Assembly: GCA_030765455.1 (NCBI GenBank) | Contig: JAVCCM010000166.1 | Coordinates: 55,835 to 119,834, forward strand | DNA: 64,000 nt | Origin: Candidatus Electryonea clarkiae | GTDB lineage: Bacteria > Electryoneota > Electryoneia > Electryoneales > Electryoneaceae | Direction of reading: 5' to 3' | In this document: piece after piece, positions 29,033 to 38,520 of the stretch | Numbering within the stretch: position 1 is the first letter of the stretch | How the letters are laid out: every line of letters begins with the position of its first letter | Notes under the pieces: model-generated | Told to the model about the DNA's origin: nothing | Databases searched by the model: none | Seen by the model: only the letters and a program-made list of their open reading frames with translations | Program-made: the position numbers and the translations under genes

Positions 29033-31885
29033 TTATTTCAAATAAACAATTTTTTGCATTTTCTTCCACCCGGTTTCGCTTGATACTGCTAAGAAATATA
29101 CACCGGAAGTTCCGTCAGCCGTCCATGAGAAGTTATGATAACCCGGATGTAATTTTCCGGTGCTGACAACCGCCACATTCCTCCCCAACAAATCGAATAT
29201 TTCTGCTTTTACAATAGCAGCTTCCGGAACAGCAACTACTATATGAAGAGTTGGATTGAACGGATTGGGATATACCGCTGATAGCGCCCATTCTTCAGGA
29301 ATACCGTCAAATGGATTATCAGGAACAGCATTTCCTTCCCAGATAACCGTTACCGAATCGGAACCCAATGATTCTCCAACCTCGTATTCAGCCGTTACCC
29401 AGTAAGTAAACGTATCAGCTTCCAGTTCATAAACATCATCCTTATACGTCAGATCATGACCCGCACGCAAAGTATTCTCATCACGGAATAGATTAAAACC
29501 AAGGAAATTTTCGGATTCCATGTAATCGAAGCTCCATGCAAGGCTCACTTCACCACTGGCAGGATCGAGTTCGCCGGTCATGCCAAACGGTTCAGGAAGT
29601 TCCATCCAGGTGAATGTTAAGGTATCAGTGAATTCCGACTCGCCTTCATCATATAAAGCGCTCAGGTAATAACTGCATGAGTCCTCGCCCACATTTTCCA
29701 GGGTGTCAACGTAGGATGTATCGTCACCGGTCCAATAAACTTCATCGTTTCTGTAGAGCTGCAATTCGATATAGTCATCAACTTCAAGCCCATCGAAGTT
29801 CCAGTTTAATGATACCTCACCGCTGGTTACGTCAAGTTCACCGGTAAAATCATATACTGACGGAATTGGTGCTCCGTCACCAGTAATTTCAATAATGACT
29901 AATTCGTTTTCAGGATCATTAGTGGTGAGGAAAAGTGTATCAATAAAGGTATCAATTTCAGGAGGAAAGAATGCGACCATTATGGAATCGGTATCGCCCG
30001 GCGCGATGGGATAATTCAAAATTTCCGCCACCTCAAACTGCTCCAAACCTACTTGAGCGGTGTAAATGACCAGGTCCATAACTTCCCCGGTATTTTCAAT
30101 TATTACCCAGCTTGTGTCTGAGGAATTAATTATTACTTCGCCAAAATTTACCGGTATATCAGAAAGAATATTCATTTCAGGTGGAGGAAGATCATCTACA
30201 AAAAACGATCCATTATGATCATCCCAATCGTACTCGTATGGATCTTCCCAATGCATCGTCTCATCATCATGCATTGGGGTGTTGGGCAGCCACACCTCAT
30301 TTTCTTCGTAAGCATCAATCAAATCCTCTTTCGCAACTCGGTGATAAACAATTGGATTAAGCGTATATTCGCCTTCAGTCTGGACAACAAAACCCGCATC
30401 GAGATCGAGCACATAGAAAATATTCAGATAATCGCCATCATTATTCAGCGCCAGGTTCGGTTCGCGTTCGCTGCGACAATCACCTGCCGGTGCACCAACA
30501 TCTTGATCCCATGCTGTGTTTGTGATATTTACACCTTCCGCCCATAGTGTTCCATAAAATCCGAGGGACGGCGGGCTTGCTGTCACAAATACTTCACCGT
30601 TGGCATAAATGAATCCTGTGACTTCATCTTCGTCTGATCTGTCATTAGCGTCATCGGGAACACCATATTGTTGGTACACAAGCCAAAGAACCCCATCATC
30701 AGGGTCCTGGTACATACTTGGGCGTTGTGCTATTTTCTGCCATGCGCCCGGAAGAGCATTATTCCAGAAATAACCATCGGCTACCATAGTGAAGACATTG
30801 GAGATTTCGTCCCAGTGATAGATTGCTGAGGTATTGCTTATTGCCCCGTCAATATTTGTAATCAGGGTAAAAGCGATGTGAAGAATATCATTTTGATCGA
30901 AATAGACGTTACAGTCAGTGTAAGCTCTAAGGGTATCATCATCTTCAAAATCTGTAAGATTTGTATATTCATCCCAGTCCCAATTCTCACCGCCATCTTC
31001 ACTGATCCAGAAATAGATATCATTGTCGTGCTGATTCTCTTCACCGCGGGAGACTGTTGTAGCAATAGCAACTCTTTCTCCATCATTGGAAACTGCAACA
31101 TCCGCAGCAATGTTCATTCCTTCATCGGTTATCTCATCCTGGTCTTCTGTAGCGATCTCATTGTCATCAGCATCATATTCGTTACGGCTGTAAAGAATTT
31201 CCATCATGGCAGCATTGTCAACACGGCTCTCATGCGTAACGACATGGATGTATTGAGTACCTTCGTACTCCCCCCAGGCGGCATGGGGCCAGATATGTGG
31301 TATATTTCCAAAAGCGGGAATCTGCTCCTCTGCGAAAACTCCGGGAAAAAATTCCAGCTCACGAGCGATCCAAGCCTCAGTACCCGCGTTTACATTCGCT
31401 TGCGAATGGTAGGAGGGAAATCCTATGCCATCACCTGAGTTCATAGCAAGAGTGGCATACCCGGCACGCAGCCCGGCGTCAACCTGATAACCATCCTGTT
31501 GATCTACCTCCCATTCGTCACCGGAAATATCTATCCAGACATATTTAACATGCCTTGCTCCTGCCTCTTCAACTAAATCCGCATAGACCAGGTGAATAAC
31601 TTCTTCGTCCGGATCATATCCTATCGTTCTGCTGGTTGTGCCATTATGCTGCGATTCCCAGAAGGTATTACCAACCATAATTGTATCACCCATGATCTCG
31701 TCAAGTTCGCCGTTTCCCGGCGACCATCGGGGAGCATCGGGTGGAACAGGCGGAATCGGGAGATTTTCTGCGAACGGGGTTATTTTAGACGCAGAATGAT
31801 ATGGCGAAACGCCGAGAGCCAGGCTATTAGACAAAAATAAAATCAAGAAGAGAGCCGGCACAAAAAAATTCTTGGAGAGATACAT
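29033..31885 (-). CDS. T9SS-sorted Asp-box (BNR)-like protein, paralog C3 (with two extra FN3-like modules)
   Basis: RBS AGGAG. FWISEDGGENWDWDE Asp-box. A repeated ...GELD..SGEVSL.W.FD... module occurs three times before the CTD YPNPFNPTLHIVVAV. Confidence 0.8.
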   Translation of the reverse strand: MYLSKNFFVPALFLILFLSNSLALGVSPYHSASKITPFAENLPIPPVPPDAPRWSPGNGELDEIMGDTIMVGNTFWESQHNGTTSRTIGYDPDEEVIHLVYADLVEEAGARHVKYVWIDISGDEWEVDQQDGYQVDAGLRAGYATLAMNSGDGIGFPSYHSQANVNAGTEAWIARELEFFPGVFAEEQIPAFGNIPHIWPHAAWGEYEGTQYIHVVTHESRVDNAAMMEILYSRNEYDADDNEIATEDQDEITDEGMNIAADVAVSNDGERVAIATTVSRGEENQHDNDIYFWISEDGGENWDWDEYTNLTDFEDDDTLRAYTDCNVYFDQNDILHIAFTLITNIDGAISNTSAIYHWDEISNVFTMVADGYFWNNALPGAWQKIAQRPSMYQDPDDGVLWLVYQQYGVPDDANDRSDEDEVTGFIYANGEVFVTASPPSLGFYGTLWAEGVNITNTAWDQDVGAPAGDCRSEREPNLALNNDGDYLNIFYVLDLDAGFVVQTEGEYTLNPIVYHRVAKEDLIDAYEENEVWLPNTPMHDDETMHWEDPYEYDWDDHNGSFFVDDLPPPEMNILSDIPVNFGEVIINSSDTSWVIIENTGEVMDLVIYTAQVGLEQFEVAEILNYPIAPGDTDSIMVAFFPPEIDTFIDTLFLTTNDPENELVIIEITGDGAPIPSVYDFTGELDVTSGEVSLNWNFDGLEVDDYIELQLYRNDEVYWTGDDTSYVDTLENVGEDSCSYYLSALYDEGESEFTDTLTFTWMELPEPFGMTGELDPASGEVSLAWSFDYMESENFLGFNLFRDENTLRAGHDLTYKDDVYELEADTFTYWVTAEYEVGESLGSDSVTVIWEGNAVPDNPFDGIPEEWALSAVYPNPFNPTLHIVVAVPEAAIVKAEIFDLLGRNVAVVSTGKLHPGYHNFSWTADGTSGVYFLAVSSETGWKKMQKIVYLK

Positions 31886-32248
31886 GATGAACTCCTGTTT
31901 GTGAGTTTTCCAAGTATAAAATTACAAACTATTTAAACGTCAACTTAAAAGGTGTGGCATCAGTAAAGCACTATTGAATATATAATTTGTTACTGAAATT
32001 CGTAATTTACAAGTGTTTTAGGAGAATTTGTAAAGTTTTTTAAGTGAGATTGAAAAAAAATCAGAAGTAAAATGATTACGGTTTGGTTTTACCATTACAC
32101 CAAATCGTTCTTTATATTAGTATATGGTAATGGGTTTTCTATAGCACTTCTCAAGAATTAAGTGCATTTGATTAATGTGCGCTAATGTGTGCCCCGGACA
32201 GCTTGATGTCCGGGGAATGAGCAAATGATAAATTGAAGGTATATTTAA

Positions 32249-35200
32249 GTGCGGGTTATTAGTTTAATTACATTATGTTATCTTTTCATTCTCCCGCTGG
32301 GCAGCTTATTGTCGGCGCAGGATGATTTTATCGGCATAAACTGTGGTAACGTGGAATTTCCGGTGGAATTGTTCTTTGGTGAAGAATACTTAGCTGATCA
32401 CCCCTGGTCAGATGAATCCGGTTCCGGGTATATCGGCGGTCACACAGAAACTGTCCGTCACGCTGAAATAACATACGATGTAGAGAGCGGCAATATGCTC
32501 ACCTACTGGTTGCGAGAGGGTGAGTTCTCCTACCGTTTTGATCTCAATCCTGGAGATTACCTGGTAAAACTACGCCTCATGGAAGCTGAATATCACGGTC
32601 CCGGCTTTAGAACATTCTCGGTGGTTATCGAAGGTGATACCGTAATAAATGAAATCGATATTTATGAACAATTTGGACGAGCGTATGCATTGATGTTCCG
32701 GTTCGTGGTCGAATGTGAGGATGGAACCCTGGATATTGACTTTATGCCCGGCACGGAAGAAGCGACTTGTTGTGCTATCGGAGTTCAGAGGATCACAGAG
32801 GATGAAACTGCGCCCTCAACTCCTGAATGGGTGGATGCAATCGACGGGTACAACATGAACTTTCTGCTCTGGCAATGGAACAGCGCTGAAGACCTGTTGG
32901 GATTCCGGTTACACAGGCAAGCGGGTAATAATGCCTGGGAAGTAATTACACCCGATCTCCTGGCTTTTGCGAGGTATCGTGATTATGACGTCCGGGCCGG
33001 AAGAGCTTATAGATACAAGGTTGAAGCAGTTGATGCATGGGGTAATGTGAGTGAGCAAACAGAATCAAGCAGGATCACTACACTTGATCATGATGATAGT
33101 GAACTGCCTGTTTATGAATTTAGTATATCAGACGCAGATCTTCACCAAATGAATACGGATATTTGGTCGGAAAATTACACTGATGTAAATATCGAGTTTG
33201 AGAACCGTTACTTTGACGGTGCAGGAGTTCGATACCGGGGTGCCTTCACTCGTGAGTTATCTAAGAAAAATTTCCGTTTCAGATTGCCGGATGGAGAAAC
33301 TTTTAATACACGTGACAGGATAGCGCTTGTAAGCGAGATGAGAGATGTGACAATGTTACGTGAGTATTTTGCCTCTCAATTATTCATATTGAATAATTGC
33401 TTAACACCGGAAACCGATTTTATTCATCTGGTGAGGAATGATGAGTTCCTTGGTGTATATACAGAGGTTGAAGCCCTCAGAAACGATTTCCTGATGCGCC
33501 GGGGATTATCACCGGAAGGCAATTTTTACAAAGCGATTTCGAATCTTGGAATAGAGGAAACAGAAGACCTTTACAGACAGAAATATGAAAAACTGAACAA
33601 TGAAGATACTGACTGGCAGGACTTGATAGAATTTATCGAATGGTTGAATTTGAGTTCTGATGATGAGTTCTTGGAACAGGCAGCCGAATGGTTTGAACTT
33701 GATGATTTCCTTGATGTTTATGTTGCAGAAGTGGTAATAGCCAATCGTGATTTCACTATTCAGAATTATTGTTTGTACAATAACCCGGTTTCAAGTAAGT
33801 GGCATTTTATTCCGTTCGATCTGAACACATCTTTTATTGATCCATATATGCCGGTTGATATCAGTACTACCGCTCATCCTGATCCGATTTTTGACACCTT
33901 GAACGTCCTGTTTGATAGAACTCTGAATATTCCATTATTCAGATATGCTTATTCGAAAAAATTAGAGCGATTTGTAAACTCCCATTTTTCAATTGGGAAC
34001 CTCACAGATATTATAGATGATGCATACAGAACAATCAGTTTCGATGCTGTCCGCGATGTTTATAAACCCAACAGGGAGCGAAGGGGTCCTTTTCAAACCG
34101 GCCCTGATTCCCTTAATACCTTTGTCAGGGAACGGTCGGAATATATCCTCGATACCATACCGCAATTCATTCCTGAAGTTGACCTGTCGCCCTGGTTCAG
34201 GATGAATGAACTCCAGACTGTGAATGGATCAACGATCTGGGATGAGCAGGGAGAATATGAGCCGTGGATAGAGATTTACAACCATTCGCCGGTGGAGCTT
34301 GACCTTGAAGGATTTATTTTACGGAGCGGTGTGGAATCATGGACTTTGCCTGTTGAGGCAGTTATCCCTACTCATGGATTCTTACTGTTGTGGTTGGATG
34401 GCGAGGAGAATGATGGCGTTCTGCATTCGGATTTTGAATATGAGAACGGCGATGAGTTGATTCTTGAAAATTCGGATGGTGAAGAAACCGACAGGATTGA
34501 TCCGCCGGAACTGACGCGAGATCAGGTATGGGCAAGGGACGGAGATGGTAATGGTGAGTGGGAGGATGATCTTGCTCCTACTCCTGGCGTGACTAACACA
34601 CCAGCCTGGGACGTTTCTTTGCTGGTTATCAACGAGTTTCTCGCACTGAATACGAATTCCAACACTGATGATGCAGGGGAATACGAGGATTGGATAGAGC
34701 TTTTTAATCCCTCTCCTGTTCCCCTGAATATCCAAGGATTATACCTTACTGATGACCTGGAGGAGCCTGATCGATGGGCTCTGCCTGATACAACTATCCC
34801 TTCCAATGATTTCCTGCTGATCTGGTGCGATGGTGAGCCGGAGGAAGGAGTTTTGCACTCTCCCTTCAGGTTGAGAACTGAGGGAGAACATGCCGGATTA
34901 TTTGATGCCGATGGCATGACTCCAATCGATATGATTCTTTTCGATCTCCAGCAGGCTGATATCTCTTTCGGAAGATCTCCTGATGGCAGTGATGATTGGG
35001 GAGTTATGAGTCCAACCCCCGGCAGCACAAATGAGCTTGCCACAGGTGTGCTAAATAATATTGAAAAAGAATATCGGGTAACTAATCCATATCTCGAGCC
35101 AGCCGCGCCGAATCCATTCAATGCCACTACCAAAATACGCTTCTTCCTCCCGATTCATACAGATGTTAAACTGATCATCTATGATATACTTGGAAGAGAA

Positions 35201-35344
35201 GTAATAACTCTGGTAAATTCAAATCTCGCCACTGGATGGCACACGGTTCAGTTCAAAGCGAAAAATTATGCGTCCGGTTTGTATTTCTGCAGGATGGAAG
35301 CCGGTACACATTTCATGACCCGGAAGCTAATATTGCTCAAATAA
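32249..35344 (+). CDS. T9SS-sorted multidomain protein: malectin-like carbohydrate-binding domain, FN3, CotH kinase-family domain, two lamin-tail (LTD) domains, T9SS CTD
   Basis: GTG start with GAAGGT upstream. CotH-like block YRGAFTRELSKKNFRFRLPDG...LVSEMRDVTMLREY. LTD-like EPWIEIYNHS...LEGFIL and EDWIELFNPS...IQGLYLTDD. CTD YLEPAAPNPFNATTKI...GLYFCRM. Confidence 0.75.
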   Translation: MRVISLITLCYLFILPLGSLLSAQDDFIGINCGNVEFPVELFFGEEYLADHPWSDESGSGYIGGHTETVRHAEITYDVESGNMLTYWLREGEFSYRFDLNPGDYLVKLRLMEAEYHGPGFRTFSVVIEGDTVINEIDIYEQFGRAYALMFRFVVECEDGTLDIDFMPGTEEATCCAIGVQRITEDETAPSTPEWVDAIDGYNMNFLLWQWNSAEDLLGFRLHRQAGNNAWEVITPDLLAFARYRDYDVRAGRAYRYKVEAVDAWGNVSEQTESSRITTLDHDDSELPVYEFSISDADLHQMNTDIWSENYTDVNIEFENRYFDGAGVRYRGAFTRELSKKNFRFRLPDGETFNTRDRIALVSEMRDVTMLREYFASQLFILNNCLTPETDFIHLVRNDEFLGVYTEVEALRNDFLMRRGLSPEGNFYKAISNLGIEETEDLYRQKYEKLNNEDTDWQDLIEFIEWLNLSSDDEFLEQAAEWFELDDFLDVYVAEVVIANRDFTIQNYCLYNNPVSSKWHFIPFDLNTSFIDPYMPVDISTTAHPDPIFDTLNVLFDRTLNIPLFRYAYSKKLERFVNSHFSIGNLTDIIDDAYRTISFDAVRDVYKPNRERRGPFQTGPDSLNTFVRERSEYILDTIPQFIPEVDLSPWFRMNELQTVNGSTIWDEQGEYEPWIEIYNHSPVELDLEGFILRSGVESWTLPVEAVIPTHGFLLLWLDGEENDGVLHSDFEYENGDELILENSDGEETDRIDPPELTRDQVWARDGDGNGEWEDDLAPTPGVTNTPAWDVSLLVINEFLALNTNSNTDDAGEYEDWIELFNPSPVPLNIQGLYLTDDLEEPDRWALPDTTIPSNDFLLIWCDGEPEEGVLHSPFRLRTEGEHAGLFDADGMTPIDMILFDLQQADISFGRSPDGSDDWGVMSPTPGSTNELATGVLNNIEKEYRVTNPYLEPAAPNPFNATTKIRFFLPIHTDVKLIIYDILGREVITLVNSNLATGWHTVQFKAKNYASGLYFCRMEAGTHFMTRKLILLK

Positions 35345-35729
35345 TACGTAATAGCGTCATTGCGAGCCAAGCAAAGCAATCCCCTGATTATCAGACGATA
35401 TGTCATTTTCGGAAACACTGTATCGCGTGAATGACAGACTCTTGAATCAGATGAATTGCAGTACTAATCACTCTAAACACAGCGAACAAGCTCAATTACT
35501 GAATTCACAATGTACTATGAAAATATATGATTCTTCGCCTTTCTTAGAATAACATACCATCTGAAACTTAAAGAACAATATAAGCAAGCGCCAGTTTTCC
35601 AGCGCTTTAGATGCTCGACAATCAAAATATTTCAGCTTAATATTGATTCCAGATAGACGAGCCAAAGTTGAGACTTCTTTGTTCTACGGTCTTGATGATA
35701 TAAAGAGTACCATCTATATTCCATGTTTT

Positions 35730-36206
35730 ATGAAAATTCGCATCGCATCATTACATAATGGGACAAATTATATCACCGAAGAGTCGTCCAGCGGAGAACT
35801 CGGTATAGAGGACGAGTCCCTCAAAGGACAAATAAAAATTACCGGTGAAATAGAAAATCAGGAAAAAATGCTTGACGTCCGGTTGAAAGTTTCATTGACC
35901 GGGCATTTCCAATGCGACAAATGCGCTATTGAATACGAAGATATTATCGATGCTGATCTTAGATGTCTTGTACTCTTTGAGGATGCAGAAAGCGTTGAAA
36001 AGGCTGAAACTGAAGGATTAATATATATAGGTAGAAATGGAATTGAAGCTGATCTGACCCAGGAAATCACCGATTGCCTGTACTGTGCAATGCCCATCAG
36101 GAAATTGTGCGAACCAGGGTGCAAGGGACTTTGCCATAAGTGCGGAGCTGATCTAAATAACGATAATTGCGAATGCAGCCTTGGAGCAGAGAATCAAGAA
36201 ATGTAA
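35730..36206 (+). CDS. yceD: YceD/DUF177 family protein (23S rRNA accumulation protein)
   Basis: Immediately upstream of rpmF-plsX, with Cys pairs C..C...C..C at the C-terminus. The ATG at 35730 was chosen over the longer ORF. Confidence 0.7.
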   Translation: MKIRIASLHNGTNYITEESSSGELGIEDESLKGQIKITGEIENQEKMLDVRLKVSLTGHFQCDKCAIEYEDIIDADLRCLVLFEDAESVEKAETEGLIYIGRNGIEADLTQEITDCLYCAMPIRKLCEPGCKGLCHKCGADLNNDNCECSLGAENQEM

Positions 36207-36271
36207 ATTGAATACGACTTTTATTGATTAAGTTGTAAAGTTTAAACAAAACCGAGAAATTGGATTATACA

Positions 36272-36451
36272 ATGGCAGTACCGAAAAAAAGAACCAGCGC
36301 AGCGCGCCGTGACAAGCGGCGAAGCCATCATGCTTTAAAACCAGTAAGTTTATCGGCTTGCGAAAATTGCGGTGCAATGCATCGTCCTCACCGAGTCTGC
36401 CCAGAATGTGGTTGGTATAAAGGGCGCGAAGTAGTGAGCAGCCAAAAGTAG
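36272..36451 (+). CDS. rpmF: 50S ribosomal protein L32
   Basis: MAVPKKRTSAARRDKRRSHHAL plus a C..C...C..C zinc ribbon. Confidence 0.85.
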   Translation: MAVPKKRTSAARRDKRRSHHALKPVSLSACENCGAMHRPHRVCPECGWYKGREVVSSQK

Positions 36452-36482
36452 TGCAGGATCCGGACGTGAGATACAATATCAA

Positions 36483-37511
36483 ATGAAGTTCGCCCTGGAT
36501 GCAGCGGGGGAAGAACCTGGACTTGAAAGTATTGTTCAGGGTGTTCTATCCGCTCAAGAAAAGGCGGCTGTTGCCGGTATGCCTTTTCACGGGGTTCTGT
36601 ACGGACTTGATGACGATATTAGAGATGCGATCAGGACTTATGGCGGAGATTTTAAGAGCTTCGATATAGTAAACGCGCCGGAAATTATCCACATGAATGA
36701 TCAGCCTCGTGATGTTTTGATCAACAAACCCGCCAGTTCCATCATCAAAGCTGTGAAAGACCTCAAAGTCGGGTTTGTCGATGCATTTATCAGTATGGGA
36801 AATACGGGAGCAATTGTCGGAGCATCACGTGCTTTGCTCGGCAAAATCAAGTGGATAAATAAACCCGCACTGGGAATACCAATCCCCCAAAAGAACAGTA
36901 CCGGTTTTCTCCTGGATGTTGGTGCAACTTCCGACCCGAAAGCAGCACATATTCCACAGTTTGCAGCTATGGGATCAGTCTTTGCCGAATTGGTACATAA
37001 AATTAAAGATCCTAAAGTCGGACTATTGAATATGGGAAGTGAGAGTAATAAAGGAGACGCGTTCTCAAAGGAAGTTCACAAACTCTTACACAGAACACCA
37101 TTACGATTTGTTGGAAATATTGAAGGTGGAGACATATTTACAGATAAAGCAGATGTGATTGTAACCTCTGGCTTCGTTGGAAATGTTTTATTGAAATTAA
37201 CCGAATCATTACCCGGTATTCTTATGCAACGGATAAAAGAAAAGGATTTGTTGGACAGAATCAGCGGTTTTTTGAGTGATTTCGATTATACCAGGTATGG
37301 CGGAGCTGCTCTGCTCGGAGTCGAGGGTACAGTTGTCATTGGTCACGGAAAGAGTAATAGTGAAGCAGTATCAAGGGCAATCCTCCGTGCTTCTGAAATA
37401 TTGGATGCGAATTTAATTAATAATATGCGTGAGAAAGTTTATCATACACGGAGAGCGCTCTGGTTATCAAATCCGTTCTCTCGAGGAGAAGGTAGTGAAG
37501 ATGAAATCTAA
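36483..37511 (+). CDS. plsX: phosphate:acyl-ACP acyltransferase
   Basis: Conserved position between rpmF and fabH. 342 aa, with GNTGA and HGKS motifs. Confidence 0.85.
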   Translation: MKFALDAAGEEPGLESIVQGVLSAQEKAAVAGMPFHGVLYGLDDDIRDAIRTYGGDFKSFDIVNAPEIIHMNDQPRDVLINKPASSIIKAVKDLKVGFVDAFISMGNTGAIVGASRALLGKIKWINKPALGIPIPQKNSTGFLLDVGATSDPKAAHIPQFAAMGSVFAELVHKIKDPKVGLLNMGSESNKGDAFSKEVHKLLHRTPLRFVGNIEGGDIFTDKADVIVTSGFVGNVLLKLTESLPGILMQRIKEKDLLDRISGFLSDFDYTRYGGAALLGVEGTVVIGHGKSNSEAVSRAILRASEILDANLINNMREKVYHTRRALWLSNPFSRGEGSEDEI

Positions 37512-38496
37512 TGGTAAGCCAGCTTCCCGTATCGCCGGGATGGGATGGTTTGCACCGGACAAAATTCTAACAAACACTGATCTGGAACGAATGGTAGATA
37601 CATCAGATGAATGGATCACTACCAGGACCGGTATAAAGAGACGTCATATTGTCGAACCCGGCACTCGAGCTTCTGAATTGGCTACTCCAGCGGCAAGAAG
37701 TGCGATGGATGAAGCGGGAGTTAACCCGGAGGATATCGACATGATCCTGGTTGCCACTGTAACCGGTGATTATAAATTTCCTTCGACTGCAATTTTCTTA
37801 CAGGCAAATCTCGGTGCAAAAAATGCTGTTGCAATGGATATCAGCGCTGCATGTGCCGGATACCTCTATACTCTGCATTTCGCAGATATGATGATTCGAA
37901 GCGGTCAGGCAAAAACCGTACTTGTTGTCGGTGTCGAAGTATTAACCAGTATGATCAACTGGAAGGACAGATCCACTTGTGTTCTCTTTGGAGATGCCGC
38001 CGGGGCAGCAGTTGTGGTTCCCAGCGCAGACAACCGTGGAATTCTCGCAAGTTACTTGGGGACAGATGGCAGTTTGGCTGATTTACTTAATTGTCCAGGC
38101 GGTGGATCGGCATATCCTGCAATGAACCGGGAAATCCCTATGGAGGATTTTACAATCCACATGAAGGGAAATGAAGTATTCAAGCATGCCGTGAAGAAAA
38201 TGGGAGATGCAGCTGTCATTGCACTTGATCTGGCAGGTATTGAGAAAAATGATATCGATCTTCTATTTGCTCACCAGGCAAATATGAGAATTATTGATGC
38301 CACAGCGAAAAGATTGAAGGTTCCACAAAAAAAAGTATTTAAGAATATTCAAGAATATGGCAACACCTCAACTGCCTCAATTCCATTAGCAATGGGTGAA
38401 GCTCGTCAGAAGGGGCTAATTACGGATGACAGCGTAGTAGTGTGTGTAGCTTTCGGAGGCGGATTCACATGGGCTTCATCGGTCATACGGTTTTAA
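37501..38496 (+). CDS. fabH: 3-oxoacyl-ACP synthase III
   Basis: G.G...P...TN.DLE...DTSDEWI..RTGI.RR, active-site ACAG, and the final ...AFGGGFTW. RBS GGAGAAGG. Overlaps plsX by 11 nt. Confidence 0.9.
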   Translation: MKSNGKPASRIAGMGWFAPDKILTNTDLERMVDTSDEWITTRTGIKRRHIVEPGTRASELATPAARSAMDEAGVNPEDIDMILVATVTGDYKFPSTAIFLQANLGAKNAVAMDISAACAGYLYTLHFADMMIRSGQAKTVLVVGVEVLTSMINWKDRSTCVLFGDAAGAAVVVPSADNRGILASYLGTDGSLADLLNCPGGGSAYPAMNREIPMEDFTIHMKGNEVFKHAVKKMGDAAVIALDLAGIEKNDIDLLFAHQANMRIIDATAKRLKVPQKKVFKNIQEYGNTSTASIPLAMGEARQKGLITDDSVVVCVAFGGGFTWASSVIRF

Positions 38497-38520
38497 TTAT
38501 CTCATGATTTAAAATAAAGG

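Noticed and set aside
34522-35133. 203-aa minus-strand ORF inside the CotH gene (Ser/Gly/Pro-rich)
   Set aside because: Low-complexity antisense frame within a gene whose sense frame has clear domain motifs and a CTD.
37429-37500. Longer fabH ORF beginning at 37429 (MRKFIIHGERS...)
   Set aside because: It would overlap plsX by 80 nt. The ATG at 37501 has a GGAGAAGG RBS and yields the canonical FabH N-terminus.
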